From NCBI GenBank assembly GCA_950097015.1, contig CATNEN010000034.1:5456001-5520000 (forward strand): a DNA stretch of 64,000 bases. Reading direction: 5' to 3'. Under the pieces are notes generated by a model. The model saw only the letters and a program-made list of their open reading frames with translations, ran no database searches and was not told the origin of the DNA. This document shows positions 35,165 to 45,130 of this stretch, piece after piece. Both the position numbers and the translations under genes were made by a program. The stretch comes from Macrostomum hystrix. Taxonomy: Eukaryota; Animalia; Platyhelminthes. How positions within the stretch are numbered: position 1 is the stretch's first letter; each line of letters opens with the position of its first letter.

Positions 35165-38100
35165 ATGTCTTACGCCGACAAGATCCAGGCTCTTCTGCGC
35201 TGGTGCCAGCAGCAAACCGATGGTTACGCCAACGTTCGCGTTGTGAACTTCACCAGCAGCTTCCGGGATGGCCTAGCCTTCTGCGCCATCCTGCATCGCT
35301 ACCAGCCGGATCTGGTGAACTTCCACGACCTCAAGCCGGATGACTGGCTTGAAAACAATCGGCTGGCCTTCAGCATCGCGGAGTCTATGGGAATTCCTGC
35401 TCTGCTGGACGCCGAGGACATGGAGGTGCCCGAGAAGCTCAGCATCATCACTTATGTGACCTACTATAATCTGAACTTACAGGGCAAGGAAAAAGGTGAG
35501 TCTCAGTAATTGACAGCGTACTGACACAAAATGTCGGTATATCAATGTTCAATGCTCCACTTATCGTTTTCCCACAGCCGGAGGTCCACATGTTAATTTG
35601 TTTAACAAAGGCAGATCATGTGCAGCATCTGTGACAGCACTAGTGAAAGCACCGTCAGCAGCGCCAGCAGTAGCGACAGCAAAGACACCTGTAACGGCGC
35701 CCGCAGCTGCGCCAGTACCCGCATCAGTTGCGGTCTCGATGAGGACTCCAGCACTGGTTGGCGCCACTCGAGCAGCAGCACCGGGCCCTGCATCACATGG
35801 CGCAGCATCATCAGTAGATCACAAGGCGCCGGCAATGACCTTAAACACTCGCAAAGCTTCACCCCGCCGTTCTCCTCAACGACCAGCTGCTGTCTGCGTC
35901 CAGTGTGGAGATCCAGTTTTCTTCCTGGAGCGCCACATTGAAGCTGGTCAGCTCTACCATCGCCAATGTCACCTGGAAGGCCGGCGTGAACAGCTCCATC
36001 GTGCCTCGGTGGCGTACAGGCGTCGTCGGCTGGCAGAAGAGCCTGCCGCTGCCACAGAGGAGCCACCAGCGAAGACCGCTGCTTCAGCAATCTCGCATCC
36101 TCTTGCTGCATCGCCCCACCAACCGCCGACTCAGAAGCTTCCAAGCCCATCATCGCCACCTCGCTCGGTGTCACCTCTGCCGCCGAATTTACTGGCACTC
36201 CCAGAGTCGCCGTCTTTGTCGCCTCGTGGTATGGATCAGGCGAAGCAGCAGACGCCAGTCAGGCATTCGAACGTCCATGTAGCGCCTCCTTCGGAGCCAA
36301 AGTTGGCTTTGGAACCGCATCGACAATTGAAATATGCAGGGCTCTCAACTCTGGAAAATTCAGGACCTGCATCAAAGCCCATTGAGTCAAAGACACAGCA
36401 GACAAGAAAAGAACCATCTGTTCAGAAGCTGACTGAGCCGGTTCAGCCATCAACACAGTCATCTGGGCTGAAGGCGCCACCAGCCCAATCGATAGTACAC
36501 TCGTCTTCACGGCAATCGGCACAGCCTCTTACTGCTCTTTTATCGGGGTCCGACACAGATAATTTAAATCCGAAATCCAAAAATCTATGTAACAAAGAAT
36601 CAGAACCACCACCGCATAACTCAAAGGGAATGTCCGGACAGAAAGTGCAGCTAACGGGCCAATCAAACCTGCTTGCGTCGCACTTGGCGGGGCTAAAAGC
36701 ACAAACTTCTGACCAAGAATTGCGTCCACTTTCGCAACCGCAACAAAAATCAGTGCTTCAAGGATCGATTGCGCAATCAACATTTCCGAAGTCTGATAAA
36801 GCTACACAGCCTTCTTCAAAAGAGTCTCCTTCATGGCAGCAGACGCAGTTGGGATCAAAAAGACTGCCAGGCCTTAATTCAGAGATGCAATTGCACACCC
36901 AATCGCGTCTAGGCTTCACAGCACATCCCAACTCTACGGACACAGAAACAAGGACAGGCAGCGTCATTCGAGCCAGAGCCTACATGTCAAAGCTCAAGTA
37001 AAAAGCATTTGAGAACAGAGAAACAAGGAGAGGAAAAGGCATCTGGGTCTGATTTAAATTCCTCCTCGCAGTATCAGTCGATTAAAGCGGGACTGAGAAA
37101 GGTTTCCCCAGGACCGATGTCGAATCAGCCGACAGAGAAGCAAATTGGTCACAAATATTTGGCCACTGAGAAACACGGACGAGACAAGTCTTCGGAAAGC
37201 GACTCACAACCACCCTCGCAGCAATATCAATCAGTAAAAGCAGGACTGAGACAGATGTCGCCCGCTGCACGATGTCAGCCATCGTCGAAAAGTCCCTCGC
37301 AGACTGCATCGCAGCAAGTAGATCACAAATCGTTAAATAGCGACAATCATAATGAAACTAAATCTTCCGGAACTGAGGCGCACCCAACTTCGCATCACTT
37401 AAAAGCAGCTACAAATACAGAGCTGCTGCTGCTACCAGCAGCAGAACGTGCCACCAAGGTTCCAATGCAACCTGCTGTAGAGCGTCCATCCCAACCCAGT
37501 CGGAGCAAGCTTCAAAAGGATTGGCAGCCGCAACAGCCTCATGCCAAGCAGTCTATGGACCATGTGGAGTCTCCATCGACATTAACCCATTCCAGTAGTG
37601 GTTCAAGTAGTGGGGCTCCTGCGACTGCTCCGCCGCTGCGAATCCAGCCACGCCGGCAATCATCTTCAACACCTCCGCCAAAGCCTGCGCCTATTCTGAG
37701 CGACACCGAGACAGTCAGAGCAGACTTGGGCCAAAGTGCTCGCCGAGTCATCCGCACTGAGGCTCCGGACGAGTTTGAGGCTTCCGAGGACATCGAGCGG
37801 GAGCTTGCCGGTATCAATCGGCTGCAGGTGGAAGTTGAGCAGCGTGGCAGAGAACTCTACGCGCTGCTCAAGACTGGTAAGACAGGTTGGAAGTTTTTGT
37901 CCTTTGCTCATGGAACTGCTTCGCTAGTTGGATGTTCAAAAAGTAGGCATCGCTGGTAAAGAAGGGAACCAAGTTGTTAACTGCGTCGTTGTATAAGAGC
38001 TTTTAGCCTAGTGACTGGGGTATAAACTACCCCTACCCCTGTCATCGGACTAAACATCTGGAGTCAGCCTTCGGAAACGTCGCATGATGACTGTATGTCC

Positions 38101-39832
38101 TGACTTAATTTGACTTTTCTTGGATGCAGCGGTTAGGCGTGGACGCCCATTCCACCAGCCCCTGGCGACCACGGGCAACTAAAGCTGCGGTGTCGCGCAG
38201 GGGAATCCGGTGATGCCGGCGGCCGAAGTGCGGTCTTCCTTCGGAGAATCCATGAGATGTCGCTCGCCCGGTGGCCCTTAGGTATCGAACGAGCTGGCAT
38301 GTAATCTCAGGTCCTGATACCGTTGGAGAGGTCCGGGTTTGGGCCGAGGTAGGTGAGCCTGTCGTGAGTAAAGGTGGAGCAGTCGCAAATGAATTACATT
38401 GAGTCCTAGCAGGGCTTCGCGGAGGGCAGTGGGGTGGAGGGTAAGGAACAGCAGCGCGAGACTGCCGACAATCGGCGACGTTGACCCACCTTGTGCTTGT
38501 GCTTCGAGGACACCCACGCAGTCGAGGATTGTTCACGAACAGGTGTGCGTGCGTCCAAGGGCATGGATCGCCGCGACTGTATTTCTGACCCAACTGGGCT
38601 AGGTGTGATTTCTATTTTTATGCTATACCGGTGATACATTTTTAACACAGCTTGATCTATATTTATGCTTATTTTGCAACGGAAAACTTACAGCGTATTT
38701 TTGCATGAACCAAGCCTTATCCTGAAGAATAATTTGTCCACGCTTTTCCAGCCGAGACAGAAAATTCTGCAGAGGAGAAGCGCCATCTGGCCGACTGGAT
38801 CAGCCTGGTGAATGAGCGCAATCAACTCTGTCGCAAGGAGATGTACCTGCTGAGACGGTTAGAGAATGGATACAAATATTGCTACTACTAGTAATTACTT
38901 ATCGATGGTAGACACCACGCGCCGAATGGTTTTGTGGCATTACAATTACCTGTATGCGTCAACATGACTGGCATAGAGTTTCTGTGTTTATACTCGTACT
39001 AAAATATATTATTGTCTTGTTTTCACTCCTCTACCCTGCCGCAGCTACTAAAAGCATACTCACATGCCTGCACTGTGATTTTCCCGCCTGCAGATCCGAG
39101 GAGAGAGAACTGGAGCTGCGGCACTCGGTTATTGAATTCGACCTGCGCCTCGTCCTAGCCAAGCCTGGTGAGTGACCACTTCTAATGTAGAGATTTCAGT
39201 TTTGATTACAGATAATGCCCATTCCGCTGACTCCTGAGCACACAGAGGGCACACAGATACTGTACGCAGGCACATAATCACACAGGTGTGTACATCTGCC
39301 CTGACTTTCTCATCATTAGGCAGTGTACACTCTCACTGTGCCTTGGGAGTTGGAACTTGAAGGCTTAAAATTGCCCGACAAGCCTGAGCTCGATCTGAGT
39401 CTTCTCTCCTCCAACATTTGGGCTGCGCTCCAAATGAATGTGGTCTCGCCGTGGAATCGAGCTCAGAGAGCTTGGTGCCTTTTTGAGCTCCAATTTTATC
39501 GGAGTCGATAAGTTTAATCGCATGTAGCAACTCGAACATAAAAGCGCCCATCTTTTCCTGCAGATCAGCTCCGAAGCGAGGCGGATCGAGTCCTCGAGAA
39601 GCGGCTCCTAACTGAGCTGAAGTCTGTGGTTGACAGGCGAGCTTACATCACCGAACTCATCCACGAGTCTGCTCAGGAGGAAGCCGAAGCCGAGGCCGAG
39701 CTGGTTGCGGCTCTGTCTGAGAAGCTTCTCAGACTGCAGCCTGCCACGGAGGGAGCGACGGGAACCAAGGCGAACAAGAAGAAGAAACAAAAGGACAAGA
39801 AGGAGAAGAAGCAGAAACAGAAGAAGAAATGA
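35165..39832 (+). CDS. MICALL: MICAL-like protein (CH - partial LIM - low-complexity region - bMERB/DUF3585), with a frame discontinuity at ~36.9 kb
   Basis: Exons 35165-35495, 35578-37876, 38752-38857, 39094-39167, 39564-39832. CH domain ([12 protein letters not shown]...[23 protein letters not shown]), LIM half CVQC...YHRQC, bMERB ([45 protein letters not shown]), polybasic C-terminus. Summed length is 3079 nt (3n+1): the first frame stops at 36999-37001 and coding continues in the +1 frame. Confidence 0.88.
38050..38600 (-). mobile_element. Possible decayed 3' end of a non-LTR retroelement in MICAL-like intron 2
   Basis: GC-rich block unlike the flanking intron. Minus-frame [11 protein letters not shown] resembles the L-x2-F/Y-L-x2-TG ending of some LINE ORF2 proteins. 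No RT core visible. Confidence 0.25.
39215..39490 (-). mobile_element. tRNA-derived SINE, family A, copy 2 (MICAL-like intron 4)
   Basis: CATTCCGCTGACTCCTGAGCACAC...GTGTGTACATC...GGCAGTGTACACTCTCACTGTG shared with 1640-1888; degenerate B-box. Confidence 0.8.
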
Positions 39833-40019
39833 TCGTCTACAATGTTTCATATCCATTCAGTCATTGTGATATTCGCTTTTACTCATAATTAATGTAATCG
39901 TACCTAATCATTATTAGTATTTTATTACTATTGATCTTACTTAATAAATAGAAATTTAATATATAGGATAAGCGAGCTCGTTCTTATTAGGGAATTTCTA
40001 GGGAATTTCTAGGGAATTT

Positions 40020-40230
40020 CTACGAAAGCCCGATAGTTCGAATGTCAGCGTAAGAAATACGAGCATATTTATGTGCTTAAGCATGACACTTAATTCCCTA
40101 GTGCCTCAGTTTAAATCACTGCAGTATGGGTACCTGCATTAGCTGGGGTAGAAATTCGGGGTAGGTGTGCCAGACTCCCCAGTCCACGGACTACACAGCT
40201 GTACACAGCTGTAGGTTGTATACCTAGTTT
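40020..40230 (+). mobile_element. Degenerate family B (CORE-like) SINE
   Basis: GACACTTAATTCCCTAGTGCCTCAGTT...ATGGGTACCTGCATTAGCTGGG...GGTGTG...AGTCCACGGACT parallels 32640-32760; degenerate B-box AGTTCGAATG upstream. Confidence 0.6.
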
Positions 40231-41341
40231 TATACATGTCCCAATGTACTCCCAATGTCATTCATAGCTTTCTATTCAGTCCAGCCGAGTGCCGGTCAGT
40301 TTGCAATCGCGTTTTTGGCACGTCGCTGGCTTTATCTAGAAGAATTAATAGCTGTCACTAGAACTTTATGACGCCACATTGTGTCTGCGCGCGGGTGTCT
40401 TTGTAAAACTGCTTCAATTAGTCAACCTTGTTTCCTTTATTTCGTACGAGTAAAAATGTCATGCCAAAAATGCTTGCTCGTGCAATTAATAAAGGCTCTT
40501 AAGAAAATCATTAATAATGACTTGTTGTGCTCCCTGATGTAGTTACTATATTTGCGAGTACATTAATTTGCTGGCAAGCAAGTTGTTCAGTCGTTGCGCT
40601 TAAGTGCTGCATCTGCTGTACAAAAATATTAAATTTTGAGAATAGTTTGAAGGCCTAAAGAGTGGACATCAAACTGGCGCCCAATGAAACATGACATTCA
40701 TTAGCTTGAGTACAATAGGCGCAAAAATATGAGCTAGAGTCTTCAATAAGGGTTAACACAATTAAGACAATGCGTCAGATTTTGTGGAGTAACATCAAAA
40801 TGAAATCAAATTATAAACTCTGATCTATGTAATCTATTGTTACTTGAAGTACACATCCCGCTTTTTTATAGATAGCAAAAAGAAATATATTGATACGCAA
40901 ATATTATAATTCATCAAGGCAGGACGCGTTATGAGTTATTACGTAGAAAAAAAAATTAATGAGGGGTATTGGCCATAGACATTTAGTAAAAAAACCGACC
41001 ATTGAACAGTCATTGTAAGCGTGATTGCTTTCTTAACTTGTCTTTCTTGTCTTGTCCACATCATAAACTACAGAACAGAATTTATTCTACCATGTACACA
41101 ATTGTCGTTTAACGCACGCTTTCTTATCTCAAAATTGTGAGACATTGTGTCCTCAACAGATTCGATTCTTTGTACATCAAATGAAACAGGACAGGTCGAT
41201 ATATACTCATGAAAATTTTCAAATCTACTTTTCTGAATGGGCCATTTGAAGCAGAAATGCCTCCTCCCTGACTGCCTCCACCTTCTGCAGAGAGAAATTA
41301 GATTAGTGAGTAAGCTGTACTGAACTGAATCATTTTTCATT

Positions 41342-42703
41342 TTACAAGATCGGGCTACCCGAAGTCGCCCCGATTGTATGCCTTGTGACATCGGGATAAT
41401 CGGCTAGCAGAATCGAGTGCGTCTGTTGTTGCTGCTGCTGTTGTTGCTGCTGCTGCTTCTGTTTCTGTCTTTCCTTTTCATTTCCAGGGCTTGAGCCAAA
41501 AAAATCCACTGTTGAACTTGGTCCTCGAGCCGTAGCAGCCACCGCAGCAGCAGCTTCGCAGTCAAGCATGGAGTTACGATAGTACAGATGATACTGCTGT
41601 TGTTGCTGCTGCTGCTGCTGCAGAGGCCGTTGCTGGCGATGCTGCTGCCGGTGCTGGTGCTGATGCATTGGCTCCCCAGGCTGATAGTGCAGTTGGTCCC
41701 TGCGCCGAACCAGAACGATGAGCGCGGCCAGGGCGCTGAGGATCAGGCAGAGAGAGGTCACGGGCACGGCGATGAACACGGGGTGGATGAGATCGGTGTG
41801 TCCCGCGCTGCCCCCGCTGATGCTGTCGACGCCCCTGACGGCAGTTTCTTCAGGCTGAAGATGCGGTGGCGGCAGCTCTTGCTGTGGACGAATCGGACGA
41901 CGTAGCCTCCAGCCAACTGTCGGTTCTGGCGCCTGCGGTAGCTTCGGCGGCTTCCGCTCAGAGCCGGCCGAATGTGAGATGAGCCGACGGTCCGGATGGT
42001 GTGGCGGTGGAGGCGGCGGCGTAGGCAGACGAGGCGGTGGGGGTTGCTCTGCTGAGTTTGCTAGCTGTCTAGCGGGAGACTCGCCAGAATGTTGATTCCA
42101 CGGTGGTAGTCTACGCAGATGATCAGTCTCTGTGGATGCCGGTTTTTATGCATGTAAGATACAATAGAATGGAAATGCATTGAAAAGGCTTCATGAAACT
42201 ATTTTTGCTACATGCTGAGTCGACGCACAGCCGGAGTGAGACCCATTTCTTGAGTGCGCAGACCCTTTTGATAAAGGTCCTCACCGAGAAACTAGAAAAG
42301 TATCTGGCTATTTAGGGAGAGGGATGCATCCTAGCCCACTCTAACTTTCTCGGAAAACTGCGAACGCAGCTTTAATTACCTGCAGCGACAGTCGTAGTCG
42401 CGGTCCAAGCAGGCAGTGTAGCTTGTATCACACTGTTGCACCATGGAGTTGAGCAGCAGTGAACATACAGCTGGCCGCCAAGGTGAACCACGAATTCCTT
42501 CGCGTCTGAATTATCCGAAGAATCTACTGAGCAGATGTGATGATTAGCATGAGTCAGGCAGCCCTTCTCAAGTGGCACAGGAGTGTCTTGCTGCTGCTGT
42601 GGCAGACGCTTCAGCTTGATGTAGCAGAAGGTTTTCGTCCTGCACAGGTCGACGCCCGTGGCAATGCAGTCCCCGGTGGTACAAGCGCACTTGATACCGC
42701 CGC
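41342..42703 (-). CDS. BAMBI-like kinase-less TGF-beta/activin-receptor-type membrane protein (5' exon not located)
   Basis: Exons (minus) 42703-42380 and 42129-41342, phase 1/1. Ectodomain GGIKCACTTGDCIATGVDLCRTKTFCY...PLEKGCL...C...CCSTPWCN (three-finger activin-receptor pattern). Pro-rich stalk. TM IHPVFIAVPVTSLCLILSALAALIVLV (cf. BAMBI VIAVPI). Short polyQ tail with no kinase. Confidence 0.75.
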
Positions 42704-42759
42704 CTGAAAACGGTACGTTTTATAGCCCTTTTATCTTTTATAACTTGTTCACGACAGTA

Positions 42760-42850
42760 CGCGAGTACGATAGTACGTGAGTATCATAGTACGTGAGTAC
42801 CATAGTACGTGAGTACCAAAGTACGTGAGTATCATAGTACGTGAGTAGTA
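42760..42850. repeat. Tandem repeat, 16-bp unit, ~5 copies
   Basis: GTACGTGAGTA(T/C)CATA in tandem. Confidence 0.85.
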
Positions 42851-44414
42851 CTATTTGATTTAGGGCTTGTCTAAACGTGAAGCAGCTATCGGATCCAAGA
42901 TATTTTGGATAAAGATCGAAAACAGATAATAATATTTGTGCGAAAGTTGCGCTTCAATGACAGGATCAGAAGGAAGCACTTGTCTTTACGGGCTTGACTT
43001 TTTCTACAATGGGACCCCAAAATGTGCCAAATACGAGCATCGCATGCCAAACTGTTTATCGCCGCTGTATACTGAGCAATAAAGGTACTCAAGTGTGCTC
43101 AAAGACCCTATATTGGCTACTAAAATTTCACTCCTTCCATTGTTTGCGTGAGAAGGTGAGAAGAGTTGCGCGCACATTCCGTTGGTCTCACTGAGCTGAA
43201 AAAAGCTCATCAGCTTATAAAAAACAGCGTCCCCATAAAAAGCTTCCTTTGCCAGGTGTGGGGGCTGTTGCTGAGACTGGAGGACCCTCTTCTCATTCAC
43301 TAATAGTTTGGGTGGGGAGAGGGGCAGCTGGCAATGGCTGGAAGACAGATGAAAACAGAGCATCCGTTCACAGATTTCTCGCCTCATTCTAGCCGGCCCC
43401 GGGACCGCCCCCTCTTCAGCCCGCCAGGAGGGAACGTCGGTCGCGCACGACTGGCTCTAGAGCTACTCCGGCAGCTGGGAAAAAACTCCCTGGCTGTCTG
43501 GCAGCTGGAAATCGCGTCCGCTAATGACGGAAGCCGGACTCAAGAAGGATTCCAAGCCAGCTGGCAGCATGGGGAACTGCACGGAACTATTTATCCATTG
43601 TGGTCGTACGAGAGCATTAGAAGTCTTTCAGAATGTAGTTAGCAGAGGTGTGCAAGGCCAAGTTGCTAGGCCTGTGAAATGGAATTGCACACAAACCATG
43701 TGCCCGCTAGTGTGCGCTTTGAATGAAGAAAATCATGGAATTTATTTTATTTTTAAGCTTCGTTTCCGGCTGTCCCTACGGTACAAATCATGGGTCTTGT
43801 GCGTGCGTTGCCTATGGCTCGTTATTGTTATCTCCGCCAAGGGAGCCGCAATGACTTTTATATTGCAGCCACCAAGCAGGTTACAATTCTAGTTGCAAAC
43901 TCCTTAGAGTTAATCTTTCTCGCTTTCCAGTTTCTATATAACACCCCCAGAAACCGAAATGCATCTTTATGATCCCCTTTTCAGGAGGCACCTGATGTTT
44001 TATCCTTCGTTAAGAAAAAGCAGACACTGCTATTATAGCGTCGCTGATGGTTGTGGCGTGTTTCGGCCCAGAAATCGGACATGAAAATCAATTCGAAAGG
44101 CATTTTATTATAATTTTGATTCCATTTCTTCACACACATCAAACAGGGAAGGAATTTGATTAGACAAAGTGTTGATGAGATTTTTTATAATCTAGACTAC
44201 AAATTTGGAAGATTTCCTGTTTTGGACTGATACCGATAGTTAATGACAAAACATTTCCGTTTCGTTTTTTAGTAGCCAAGATGCTGGAATCAACCGAACT
44301 CAAACCACAAGACATGATCAAATTCGTCCTTTCAAAGTCACAGGTAAAGTGATCGATCATTTGATAGCCCCTTTATAAATACTGTGTACATGATGAGTTT
44401 ACTGTTTCCAATGA

Positions 44415-45130
44415 GGGGATTTAGCCTAGGGGTTAGAGCAGGGGTCGGCAAACTCCGGCCCGCGGGCCAGATGCGGCCCTCGAAGCTCCCAAATCCGGCC
44501 CGTTGCCCCTTCTGACATCTACAGTGTCCTGTTTCATCTCTCTCGTGTCTAATATCTCCCGTGTCTAATCTCTCCCGTGTCTAATCTCTTACCTGTCTTA
44601 TCTCTCCCGTGTCTAACCTCTCCCGTGTCTCATCGCTCTCGTATCTAATCTCTCCGGTGTCTAGTCTCTCCCGTGTCTAATTTCTCCCGTGTCTAATCTC
44701 TTTCGTGTCTAATCTCTCCCGTGTCTAATCTCTTCTCTGTCTCATCTCTCCCGTTTCTCATCTCTCTCGTGTCCCATCTTTCCTGTGTCTCATCTCTCTC
44801 GTGTCCCATCTTTCCTGTGTCTCATCTCTCCCGTGTCTCATCTCTCCCCTATCTCATATTTATACAGTCAATGCGGCCCGCTGTCGTCTTTTAGGCTCTC
44901 TCTTTGGCCCGCCAGCAAATAAGTTTGCCTACCCCTGGGTTAGAGGGTCAAGTAGTCGGCGGGTTGTTGTAATCGAGCTTGAAGGTCAGGAGTTCGATTA
45001 CGGACTCGACCACGGGAACAATTTGAGTTCTTTAAAAAGACACTTAACTCTGCATTGCTACTGTTCATCCAGCTGATATTTGGGTGTCAGCATTACCTGG
45101 GGTCATGGACTGAAGTGGATTTGGACTGAT
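44415..45130 (+). mobile_element. Family B (CORE-like) SINE interrupted by a hAT MITE
   Basis: Removing 44439-44945 restores TAGCCTAGGGGTTAGAG-GGTC...CTTGAAGGTCAGGAGTTCGATTAC...GGAACAATTTG...AAGACACTTAACTCTGCATTGCT, matching the 32545 copy. Confidence 0.8.
44439..44937. mobile_element. Non-autonomous hAT (Charlie-type) MITE, 499 bp, with internal 16-bp minisatellite
   Basis: 16-bp TIRs CAGGGGTCGGCAAACT / AGTTTGCCTACCCCTG (1 mismatch). Perfect 8-bp TSD GGTTAGAG at 44431-44438 and 44938-44945. Subterminal CGGCCCGC motifs. Internal ATCTCTCCCGTGTCTA array at ~44535-44850. Confidence 0.93.
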
